32,000 nt of DNA from Pseudomonas aeruginosa (GTDB lineage Bacteria > Pseudomonadota > Gammaproteobacteria > Pseudomonadales > Pseudomonadaceae), in NCBI RefSeq assembly GCF_001457615.1, contig NZ_LN831024.1, positions 3,210,001 through 3,242,000 on the forward strand, in the 5' to 3' direction. The notes beneath the pieces were generated by a model that was given only the letters and a program-made list of their open reading frames with translations, was not told the DNA's origin and did no database searches. Below, one piece after another: positions 17,303-25,012 of the stretch (positions are counted from its first letter, which is position 1; every line of letters starts with the position of its first letter). The position numbers and the translations under genes are program-made.

Positions 17303-19177
17303 ATGCATCCGACCTTTTCGCGGGTCCTGCTGGCCGCCGCACTGGCCGCCGCCGGCAGCCCTGCCGTCGCCACCGAAATCCAGCTCGAGCAAGGCTGGAA
17401 CGCCGAGCAACGCGCCTCCTGGTACGACGCCTCGCTCGGTTCGCGGCTGCTGCCGCTGGCCTGGGCCCAGGCGCTGGAGCGTCCGGACAGCGAGGAGCGC
17501 CTGTTCTCCGAAGACAACGCCCGGCGCCTCGGCTTTCCCCTGCGCAACTGGCAAGGCGGCGAACTGCGCCTGCCGCGCGGCTTCGCCCTCGACCAGCAGG
17601 ACGACAGCCAGTTCTCCGACACCCGCCTGCGCTGGAAAGCCCGCCAGTCGTCCAGCGAACCCTGGGTCGGGCTGAATTGCGCCGGCTGCCACTCCACCGA
17701 CATCAGTTACCGCGGCAGCGAACTGACCGTCGACGCCGGCGCCACCCTGGCCAACGTCCAGGCGATCTTCGACGAAGTGCTCGCCGCGCTGCGCCGCACC
17801 AGCGACGACGGCGACAAGTTCGCGCGCTTCGCCGGCAACGTCCTCGGCAGCGAGGACAGCCCGGCCAACCGCGAGCTGCTGAAGGCCGCCCTGGTCAAAC
17901 GCGCGGCGCTGATCGACACCCTGCTGAGCATGTCCGCGACCGACCTGCAACCCGGCCCGGGGCGCCTCGACGCCACCGGCCAGTCACTCAACCGCACGGC
18001 GATCAACTCCGGCGCCCGCCATCTGCAAGCGAACCCGACCGACGCGCCGACCAGCTTCCCGGCACTGTGGCACACGTTGCAGATGGACAAGCTGCAATCC
18101 AGCGGATTCGTGCCCAACGTCAAGGTCCTCGATCTCAACGGCCAGGTCTTCGACCTCGGCTACCTGGCCGGCGACATCGGTGTGGTCCAGGGCGACTACG
18201 GCGACGTGGTCAGCCATCCGCTGTCCGGCCTGGAGGGCTATATATCGAGCATCCGCGTGGACAACCTGACCCGTGTCGAGGGCCTGATCCACAAGCTCAA
18301 GGCGCCGGCCTGGCCGAGCCAGCTGTTCGGCGCCCCGGACAGCGCCAGGCTGGCCCAGGGCAAGCGCCTCTACGAGGAGAACTGCGCGGCCTGCCATGCG
18401 AGCATCGGCCGCGACGACCTGCAAACCCCGATCAAGGTCCGCCAGGTGCGCCTGAAGGCCCATGGCGACGACGCGCCGATCGGCACCGACCCGTGGATGG
18501 CCTGCAACACCTTCACCTTCAGCAGCCCCAGCGGCAACTACTTCGGCCTGTTCCGACCTTCCCTCGGCACCCCCAGCGGCGTCGGCATCGTCGGGCGGAC
18601 TTCGAAGATCGCCGACATGCAGGTCCCCGAGGTGTTCCAGATCATGCTCGGCAAGAAAGGCCAGCTGGCCGACGGCATCGCCGAGATCATCCACGCCATC
18701 GTCACCGGGCAGCAGACCCTGCCCGGCTCCGACAGCCTGCAAGCGGTGCCCGCCGGACAATTGCTGCTGGCCGGCGCCGCCCCTGCCGACAGCCAGGCGC
18801 AGAGCCTCGCCGCCGGCGAAGTCCCCACCGACAAGAGTGCGCGCAAGGACTACTGCCTGAATACCGAGCATCCATTCCTCGGCTACATCGCTCGCCCGCT
18901 GAACGGCATCTGGGCCACCGCACCCTACCTGCACAACGGTTCGGTGCCGTCGCTGTACGACCTGCTGCTGCCCCAGGAGCAACGGCCGGCCACCTTCTAC
19001 ACCGGCAGCCACGAGTTCGATCCGAGCCGGGTCGGCTACCTCACCGCGCCCGGCCCGGACAACGCCTTCCTCTTCGACACCCACCTGGAAGGCAACTCCA
19101 ACGCCGGCCACGACTTCGCCCGCGAGTACGACGAAAGCCAGCGCCTGGCGTTGCTCGAATACCTCAAGACCCTGTGA
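17303..19177 (+). CDS. Secreted dihaem c-type cytochrome, MauG/CCP/RoxA-superfamily-like (624 aa)
   Basis: Track ORF 17303..19177 with GAGGGG 6 nt upstream. The signal peptide is MHPTFSRVLLAAALAAAGSPAVA. Two haem-c motifs are present: CAGCH (17678-17692, residues 126-130) and CAACH (18383-18397). A distal motif APYLHNGSVPSLYDLL resembles the MauG/CCP family. Confidence 0.75.
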   Translation: MHPTFSRVLLAAALAAAGSPAVATEIQLEQGWNAEQRASWYDASLGSRLLPLAWAQALERPDSEERLFSEDNARRLGFPLRNWQGGELRLPRGFALDQQDDSQFSDTRLRWKARQSSSEPWVGLNCAGCHSTDISYRGSELTVDAGATLANVQAIFDEVLAALRRTSDDGDKFARFAGNVLGSEDSPANRELLKAALVKRAALIDTLLSMSATDLQPGPGRLDATGQSLNRTAINSGARHLQANPTDAPTSFPALWHTLQMDKLQSSGFVPNVKVLDLNGQVFDLGYLAGDIGVVQGDYGDVVSHPLSGLEGYISSIRVDNLTRVEGLIHKLKAPAWPSQLFGAPDSARLAQGKRLYEENCAACHASIGRDDLQTPIKVRQVRLKAHGDDAPIGTDPWMACNTFTFSSPSGNYFGLFRPSLGTPSGVGIVGRTSKIADMQVPEVFQIMLGKKGQLADGIAEIIHAIVTGQQTLPGSDSLQAVPAGQLLLAGAAPADSQAQSLAAGEVPTDKSARKDYCLNTEHPFLGYIARPLNGIWATAPYLHNGSVPSLYDLLLPQEQRPATFYTGSHEFDPSRVGYLTAPGPDNAFLFDTHLEGNSNAGHDFAREYDESQRLALLEYLKTL

Positions 19178-19216
19178 GCCGGCCCCGCCCACATGCCCAA
19201 TAGAGAGAACCGCCCG

Positions 19217-21121
19217 ATGACCCTATCGCGACTCAGCCTTGCCATCCTTTCCGTCCTCGCCGGTGCCCCGGCATTCGCCGACGACAGCGGCGTCGACCTC
19301 GACCAGGGCTGGAACCAGACCCAGAAGACCGCCTGGCTGGAAGCCGGCCAGGGCTCGCGGATGCTGCCGCTGGCCTGGCTGGTGGCGCTGGAGCAGCGCG
19401 CCAGCGAAGAACCGCTGATGTCCGATGCGCTGATCCGCCAGTACGGCTATGTCCCGCACACCCTCGGCGGTTCCAGCGTGAAGGTGGTGCAGGGCTACGC
19501 GGTCGACCGCAGCGACGACAGCGACCTGACCTTCACCAAGCTGCGCTGGAAAGCCCTGCAGGGCTCCAGGGAACCCTGGGTCGGACCGACCTGCAGCATG
19601 TGCCACACTTCGCACATCAGCTACCAGGGCACCCAGCTGACCGTCTACGGCGGGCAGACCATGGGCGACCTCGCCGGCTTCCAGCTGGAGATCCTCGGCG
19701 CCCTGCAGAGCACCCGCGCCGACACCGCCAAGTTCGAGCGCTTCGCCCGCAAGGTGCTCGGCGCCGACGGCCTGGTCAGCGGCTACAACGATGCCAACAA
19801 GGCACGCCTGCAGGCAGCCCTGGACGCCACCATCGTGCGCCTGCGCGACGGCTCGCACTTCAACCTGCCGCACGATCCCGAGTTCGGCCCGGGCCGCCTG
19901 GACGCCATCGGTTCGATCTTCAACTCGGTGGGCTACGAACTGCATGCCAACGAGCAGATCTACGGCGCCGAGGACGCCCCCGTGAGCTATCCGTTCCTGT
20001 GGAACGTACCGCAGCTGGACCGCGTACAGTGGACCGGCTTCAACCCGAACCACATCAACGTGGTCGAGATCGACAACCGCAAGTTCGACGTCGGCGCCCT
20101 GGCGCGCAACGCCGGCGAGGCGGTCGGGGTATTCGCCGACGTCAAGGTGCTCAGCCCGATCCAGTCGGCGCTGCACATCGGCTACCCGTCGAGCATCAAC
20201 GTCGACAACCTGATCCGCATCGAAGACCAGCTCGGCCAACTGAAGCCGCCGGCCTGGCCGAACCAGCTGTTCGGCGCCCCGGAGCCGACCAGGGTCGCCG
20301 AGGGCCGCGAGCTGTACCGGCAACATTGCTCCAGCTGCCACACGCCGCTGGACCGCAACGACCTGCGGACCCCGGTGAAGACCGTGCTCACCCACCTGCA
20401 GGCGCGCGGCGAGGTCGCGCCGATCGGCACCGACCCGTGGACCGCCTGCAACAGCATCGCCCAGCTGAAGACCGGCTACGTGCGCGGCAAGCCCTACCTG
20501 TCCTTCGTCGGCACCGGCCAGCGCGGTTTCTACGGCAAGCAGGCCTATGCGGTGGACGTGCTCCAGGAAGTGGTGGTCCAGGCCCTGGCCGCGCGCGGCC
20601 TGAGCGTCGCCCTGGGTGCCTTCCAGACCGCCGCCCTGGGCATCTTCGACGGGCAGTTGCCGCCGCTGATCAGTCCGGTTCCGGACAGTCCCGATGCCGC
20701 CAGCGCCGAAGCGCCCGCCGCGGACGCGCCAGGCGCCCTGCTCCTGGCCGAAAACGTCGCGGCCGACAGCGACAAGGCCCGGCGCCTGGAGCAGTGCCTG
20801 GCGATGACCAGCGACCTGATGGCCTACAAGGCGCGCCCGCTGAACGGTATCTGGGCCAGCCCGCCCTACCTGCACAACGGCTCGGTGGCGACCCTCTACG
20901 ACCTGCTGCTGCCGCCGGACCTGCGGCCACGGACCTTCTACACCGGCAGCGTCGAGTTCGACCCGGTCAACGTCGGCTACATCACCGATGCCGGCGGCGC
21001 CAACCGCTTCCTCTTCGACAGCGGCAAGCCGGGCAACGCCAATGGCGGCCACGACTACGGCAACGCGCAGTTCAACGAGCAGCAGCGCCGCGCCCTGGTC
21101 GAGTACATGAAGACCCTCTGA
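19217..21121 (+). CDS. Secreted dihaem c-type cytochrome, paralogue of the preceding gene (634 aa; 642 aa if it starts at 19193)
   Basis: Track ORF 19193..21121. I prefer ATG 19217 because AGAGAGA lies upstream and it gives a clean signal peptide MTLSRLSLAILSVLAGAPAFA. The haem-c motifs are CSMCH (19592-19606, also residues 126-130) and CSSCH (20327-20341). It also has PPYLHNGSVATLYDLL and aligns with the upstream protein along its whole length. Confidence 0.75.
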   Translation: MTLSRLSLAILSVLAGAPAFADDSGVDLDQGWNQTQKTAWLEAGQGSRMLPLAWLVALEQRASEEPLMSDALIRQYGYVPHTLGGSSVKVVQGYAVDRSDDSDLTFTKLRWKALQGSREPWVGPTCSMCHTSHISYQGTQLTVYGGQTMGDLAGFQLEILGALQSTRADTAKFERFARKVLGADGLVSGYNDANKARLQAALDATIVRLRDGSHFNLPHDPEFGPGRLDAIGSIFNSVGYELHANEQIYGAEDAPVSYPFLWNVPQLDRVQWTGFNPNHINVVEIDNRKFDVGALARNAGEAVGVFADVKVLSPIQSALHIGYPSSINVDNLIRIEDQLGQLKPPAWPNQLFGAPEPTRVAEGRELYRQHCSSCHTPLDRNDLRTPVKTVLTHLQARGEVAPIGTDPWTACNSIAQLKTGYVRGKPYLSFVGTGQRGFYGKQAYAVDVLQEVVVQALAARGLSVALGAFQTAALGIFDGQLPPLISPVPDSPDAASAEAPAADAPGALLLAENVAADSDKARRLEQCLAMTSDLMAYKARPLNGIWASPPYLHNGSVATLYDLLLPPDLRPRTFYTGSVEFDPVNVGYITDAGGANRFLFDSGKPGNANGGHDYGNAQFNEQQRRALVEYMKTL

Positions 21122-21131
21122 AGCCCCTTGC

Positions 21132-21152
21132 GCGGCCGGCGCTCCCGGCCGC
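21132..21152. terminator. Stem-loop between convergent genes (bidirectional terminator candidate)
   Basis: GCGGCCGG (21132-21139) pairs with CCGGCCGC (21145-21152) across a 5-nt loop. It sits in the 36-bp gap between the dihaem gene stop and the LysR gene stop. Confidence 0.5.
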
Positions 21153-21157
21153 CTCCC

Positions 21158-22108
21158 TCAACCGGCGGCGACCCGCCGCGCGGTCTCGACGAAGCATTCG
21201 AACTGGGTGTCGCTGGCGCGAAGCCGCGAAGTCGGCGACACCGCCAGCCCCACCGGCAGGCGGAAGCCTTCGTTGACCGCCGCCGGCAGAGCGGTGAAGG
21301 CCACCCCCGGATAGGCAAACTTGGTCAGCGACAACGGCAGGAAGGCGAAGCCGTCGCCGCTGGCGACCTGGGCCAGGAGAATGCTCAGGTCGTTCGGCCG
21401 CACGCTGCGCCGGGGCGCGAAGGCAGCGGCATCCATCGCATCGTTCATGAACTGGCTGTAGGCGGGAAACAGCGAGTCCTTCGGTACCAGCAGCGGCTCG
21501 CCGATCAGGTCGTTCAGCGACCAGTCGGGCGCCAGTCGCCGGTGCAGGGTTTCCGACAGGGCGATGACGTGCTCGTAGCTGCCGATCTCCATCAACTCGT
21601 ATTCACGCACCACCTTCGGCGGCGCGCCGATGATCGCCGCGTCCAGGGACGACTCGCGGACCAGGCTGAGCAGGTCCAGCGATGGCGCCCAGGATGGCGA
21701 AACGGCGCTGCACACCCGCGCTTCCTTCAGTTGCCGGGCCAGCTCGCCGGACCAGCCGGGATCGAGGTAGCGGCTGAAACCGATGTGCAACTGGCGGTCG
21801 TCGCCGTCGCCGATGTCGCGGGTCAGCGCCTTGGCCTCGGCGATGATCTTCACCGCGCGGCAATGCACCACCCTGCCCACTTCGGTCAGGCTCACCCCGG
21901 CCGGACCGCGGACGAACAGCGCCTCGCCGATGTGCGCTTCGAGCGCCTGGATCTGCCGCGACAGCGACGGCTGCGAAACGTGCAGCACCTCGGCGGCCTG
22001 GCCGATGCTGCCGTACTCGGCGACACAGGCGAAATACATCAGCTGGCGCAACGAAGGCATCGCCTTCGACCAGTTGATGATCGGGAAACTGGCATCGGTC
22101 ACGGACAT
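21158..22108 (-). CDS. LysR-family transcriptional regulator (316 aa)
   Basis: In-frame part of track ORF 21158..22873. The HTH is LRQLMYFACVAEYGSIGQAAEVLHVSQPSLSRQIQALE, followed by a periplasmic-binding-protein-like effector domain. The start MSVTD at 22108 has GAGGGG about 10 nt upstream. An alternative start is MPSLRQL at 22060. Confidence 0.85.
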   Translation of the reverse strand: MSVTDASFPIINWSKAMPSLRQLMYFACVAEYGSIGQAAEVLHVSQPSLSRQIQALEAHIGEALFVRGPAGVSLTEVGRVVHCRAVKIIAEAKALTRDIGDGDDRQLHIGFSRYLDPGWSGELARQLKEARVCSAVSPSWAPSLDLLSLVRESSLDAAIIGAPPKVVREYELMEIGSYEHVIALSETLHRRLAPDWSLNDLIGEPLLVPKDSLFPAYSQFMNDAMDAAAFAPRRSVRPNDLSILLAQVASGDGFAFLPLSLTKFAYPGVAFTALPAAVNEGFRLPVGLAVSPTSRLRASDTQFECFVETARRVAAG

Positions 22109-22485
22109 TGCGTACATACCCCTCGCTGGCAACACGGGTCGGATCGGCACGGACAGGGAAACCCCGGGACGGCGCGACGAGCGACCGCCGGCCGCCTTCA
22201 TCCGAAAGCCGTTTCGCGGCAGAAGAACGAAAGATAGGTAGCGGAGATGACAGGAAGCGCGACGTTCGGGTCCGGGACGCTCTTCATGGACGGCGTCTTG
22301 TTCCCGCGCCGCCAGTATAGCCAGGCGGCATGGGAAACTGGCCATGCGGCGCGCCACCACCGCGGGCCACCCTCGCCGTTCGGATAGGTCCCCTTGCCAG
22401 GTCGGTCCGAAGCTGCCGGGGGCTATCGAAAGCGCTGCGCCGTGGGCACCGGCCACGAACGCAGGCCACCCCGTCGGCAGCGGCT

Positions 22486-22515
22486 GAACCGCTTCGTCTT
22501 TTCGTGAACCGCTTC
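22486..22515 (+). repeat. Direct repeat GAACCGCTTC x2 with 20-bp periodicity, upstream of the small ORF
   Basis: tGAACCGCTTCgt at 22486-22495 and tGAACCGCTTCcgt at 22506-22515, read directly. The repeats lie 59-88 bp upstream of the ATG at 22574. Confidence 0.5.
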
Positions 22516-22573
22516 CGTGTCGGCGGAGCGCCAGGGGGGCTACGCTGAGTTTTTCAGGATCAGGAGTACCGCC

Positions 22574-22783
22574 ATGCTGGATCACGACCTGACTGTCGCC
22601 CTGCTCTGCCGTCTCAACCAGAACCAGAGTGCCCTCGGCATGGCCCTGGAGGAGCTGGCGATCTGGGCGAAGCGCCATGAAGGCGGCGAAACCTACGATG
22701 TCGTCATGAACCACCTGCAGACCCTGGAGCGCAATGCCGACTTCGTCGCCGAGGCCATCGTCGTCCTGATGGCGGATCGCTGA
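22574..22783 (+). CDS. Small hypothetical helical protein (69 aa)
   Basis: In-frame part of track ORF 22517..22783, starting at MLDHDLTVALL. AGGAG lies 8 nt upstream of ATG 22574. GC3-rich codon usage is consistent with real coding. I recognise no family. Confidence 0.55.
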   Translation: MLDHDLTVALLCRLNQNQSALGMALEELAIWAKRHEGGETYDVVMNHLQTLERNADFVAEAIVVLMADR

Positions 22784-22843
22784 AGCGCGCCGCCCCCGTA
22801 CGAGCGGACGAGCCTGCGCGGTGTGCTGGGCACGGTGCGCAGT

Positions 22844-22860
22844 AAAATCTTCAAGATTTT
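22844..22860. promoter_or_regulatory. Perfect 17-bp AT palindrome AAAATCTTcAAGATTTT (operator-like) upstream of the coiled-coil gene
   Basis: Read directly. It has 8-bp arms around a single central C. It is preceded by the GC stem CTGCGC (22814-22819) / GCGCAG (22837-22842) and lies about 100 bp upstream of ATG 22960. Confidence 0.45.
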
Positions 22861-22959
22861 TCTTACAAGGCAATAGGACTCGTCCAAGTTACCTCGCCCA
22901 TAGCTCCCGGTACCCTCGCCCGTTACACCTTTCAAGCACCAACGGGATCTCCAGGGCTT

Positions 22960-24621
22960 ATGCTTCTTCGAACCATCAGTGTGGAAACTGCCGAGCAGAC
23001 GGAACTGAATGCGGCCTTGTTGTGTGGTTTCGCCATTCCCGCCAGCGACCGCAACTTCATCGCCTACAGCCTCAACGAACAGGTCGACGAAAACGACTCG
23101 CGCGTCTACATCGCCTCCCTGTTCAAGACCGACGACGGCTTCCGCCTGGGCCGTCTCGACACCGACGAGGCCTGCGAGGCGGCCATCCAGGTGTTCCGCC
23201 AACTGGTCCGCGAAGCCACCACCGGCAACCGCCGGACCAGCGATCTGGCCTACCACCTCATCGACCTGCAGGACGCGGCCATCGCCCCCTCGCGGCGGGA
23301 AGAACACCGCTCCCTGGTGCTCGAACGCGAATGGGTGATGAAGCTCGTCACCTTCGAGTCCCCCCATGGCTACGGCCCCGCCCTGGATGGCGAGGAACCC
23401 TGCGCGGAAGTCCCGCCGCTCGTCCAGGAGGCCCTTTTCGAAGACGCCGCTCCCGATGTCCTCGCCGAAGACGATGCGGACGAGACCACGGACGGGCCGG
23501 CGGAGCCCATCGACGAGCCCGAGGCGGCGGAAGACGAAACCGTCACCGAGGCCGGATGCGTCGAGCCCGAGCCGCGGCCGGATGCGGAAACGGCAGCGCC
23601 CGAGGGTGGGGCTCCAGCCGAGTTCGCGGCGAAAGCGGAGCAGTCCGCCAAGGTAGCGGATGCCGAGGCCATCGGCGCCTTCGTCGACAACGCCAGTCAT
23701 CTTCGCGAGGAGCTTGCCGACCTGGCGCAGATGCTCCACCCCGCGCTGCACGCCGCCGACGCCACGGGCAGCGCCAACCTTCCGTCTCCAGACGCCGCCG
23801 AGGAATCCTCCATGCCCCCGAGCCCCTCCCCCCTCGCCGCACCCGCGCCGGAACCGGTATCGGCCAGGGTCCCCAGCCTGTCGCTGCGCCTCCGGGTGCC
23901 GCCCGCACGCCTGGCCGGCGCCGAGGGCGGGGCCAACGCCAGAGAGGCGCCCACCCAGGCCGCCGCCGTCATTCGCCAACCCGAGGATGAAGCCCACGTG
24001 GATACGGATACCGCGCTCGATATCGGCAACGATACCGAGCATCTGCTACAGGACGTGCAGGGCACCCTGGCCGACCTCGCCGGCATGGCCCAGCAACTGA
24101 GCCAGCAGAAGCAGGAAGCGCTCAAGCAGCAGGAGTCGCTGGAGTCGCTCCAGACGCAACTGCACGAGAAGGAGCGGCAATTGCAGGAAAAGGAAAAGCA
24201 GCTCCGGCAGTGGCACAAGCGCCTGCAGGACGACCGCCAGGCGCTGGAGCGGGAAACCGAGCAGAGCAACCGTCTCCTCGCCGAGCGCAGCGCGGCCCTG
24301 CAACAACTCGCGGAAAGCGTCGAAGCCCGCGAGCGCAGCAGCGCGCGGCGAGCCGAAGTACTGCAGATCGAGCAGGAACGCCTCGAAGAGTTGCGCAGCC
24401 AGCAGAACCTGCGCCAGGCCGAACTGGAAAAGCGCGAAGCCAGCGTCCAACAGCGCAGCCTGGAACTCGGCGAGCGCTTCAAGAAGCTGGAAAGCGCCCG
24501 CGAGAAGCTGGCGCAGATCGTCAAGGGTTTCAACGAGACCGTACAGTTCAATACCGCTCTGCACGCCATCAGTCATACCGGGTTGAAGCGCCAGGAAGAG
24601 AGCGCAGCCGAACTGGAATAA
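22960..24621 (+). CDS. Hypothetical protein: N-terminal globular domain, acidic/Pro-rich disordered linker, C-terminal long coiled coil (553 aa)
   Basis: Track ORF 22960..24621. Roughly the first 135 residues look compact. The middle is rich in D/E/P/A (DDADETTDGPAEPIDEPEAAEDETVTE). The last 190 residues or so are heptad-like Q/E/K/R/L (QQKQEALKQQESLESLQTQLHEKERQLQEKEKQLRQWHKRLQ). There is no signal peptide or TM segment. Confidence 0.7.
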   Translation: MLLRTISVETAEQTELNAALLCGFAIPASDRNFIAYSLNEQVDENDSRVYIASLFKTDDGFRLGRLDTDEACEAAIQVFRQLVREATTGNRRTSDLAYHLIDLQDAAIAPSRREEHRSLVLEREWVMKLVTFESPHGYGPALDGEEPCAEVPPLVQEALFEDAAPDVLAEDDADETTDGPAEPIDEPEAAEDETVTEAGCVEPEPRPDAETAAPEGGAPAEFAAKAEQSAKVADAEAIGAFVDNASHLREELADLAQMLHPALHAADATGSANLPSPDAAEESSMPPSPSPLAAPAPEPVSARVPSLSLRLRVPPARLAGAEGGANAREAPTQAAAVIRQPEDEAHVDTDTALDIGNDTEHLLQDVQGTLADLAGMAQQLSQQKQEALKQQESLESLQTQLHEKERQLQEKEKQLRQWHKRLQDDRQALERETEQSNRLLAERSAALQQLAESVEARERSSARRAEVLQIEQERLEELRSQQNLRQAELEKREASVQQRSLELGERFKKLESAREKLAQIVKGFNETVQFNTALHAISHTGLKRQEESAAELE

Positions 24622-24635
24622 GGTTCTCCTCCGGC

Positions 24636-24673
24636 AAAAGGGCGCGGCGCCGATACTGGCCCGCGCCCTTTTT
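24636..24673 (+). terminator. Rho-independent terminator, potentially bidirectional
   Basis: AAAAGGGCGCGG ... CCGCGCCCTTTTT. The 8-bp GC stem (24640-24647 / 24661-24668) is extended by three inner pairs. It is flanked by an A-tract upstream and a T-tract downstream, and starts 15 nt after the stop of the 553-aa gene. Confidence 0.8.
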
Positions 24674-24691
24674 CATTCGCCCAGCTGCGCC

Positions 24692-24892
24692 TGGCCGCTC
24701 GCCCTCGGGACGCGGTGCCGCCGGCCAGTTCACCGGTGCGCAGAGCAGTTGTGCGCCGGACAGCGCCGGCAGGCGCACCCATTCGGGAAACTCCAGGTCG
24801 TAGCAGACCATCACCGCGATTCGCCCGAAGCGGGTGGCGACCACCGGCGCTGGCCCTGGCACAAGGCCATGGGAAGGACGGAGTGTCGGCAA
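24692..24892 (-). pseudogene. Internal fragment of a carbon-nitrogen hydrolase (nitrilase-superfamily) gene
   Basis: Track ORF 24569..24892 translates to ...SHGLVPGPAPVVATRFGRIAVMVCYDLEFPEWVRLPALSGAQLLCAPVNWPAAPRPEGERP. This contains the catalytic-Cys strand (VMVCYDLEFPE) and the following NWP segment of CN-hydrolases. There is no N-terminal Glu/Lys part, since an in-frame stop lies just upstream. The reading frame runs into the neighbouring terminator. Confidence 0.6.
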
Positions 24893-25012
24893 GCGAAGAC
24901 GGGAAGGGAATCAGTCAGGTCAAATAATCAGTTGAGCATTCTCTGAACCATACGCAGGGCGTTCGCTGAACCGAGGGCCGCTGAGGCTCCGCGTGGTCTC
25001 TTCTGCCCCCGC

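Noticed and set aside
15428-17950. 840-aa minus-strand ORF
   Set aside because: It is antisense to the APC permease and to the 5-prime part of the first dihaem gene. It has no domain-like sequence.
17677-21276. Several 400-600-aa ORFs (17677..19203 +, 17984..19192 -, 19223..21052 -, 19600..21276 +) overlapping the dihaem genes
   Set aside because: They are out-of-frame or antisense shadows. Only the frames carrying signal peptides, CXXCH motifs and the PYLHNGS motif are credible.
22108-22548. Three 60-72-aa ORFs in the LysR-proximal intergenic region
   Set aside because: The translations (for example MGNWPCGAPPPRATLAVRIGPLARS...) are Arg/Pro/Gly/Ala-rich. They lack Shine-Dalgarno sequences and resemble random GC-rich frames.
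22693-24569. Minus- and plus-strand ORFs (22693..24042 -, 22821..23990 +, 23697..24569 -, 24046..24576 -) overlapping the 553-aa gene
   Set aside because: They are antisense or alternative frames with extreme R/G/P or C/S/R composition. The chosen frame has a coherent domain, linker and coiled-coil organisation and ends at a strong terminator.
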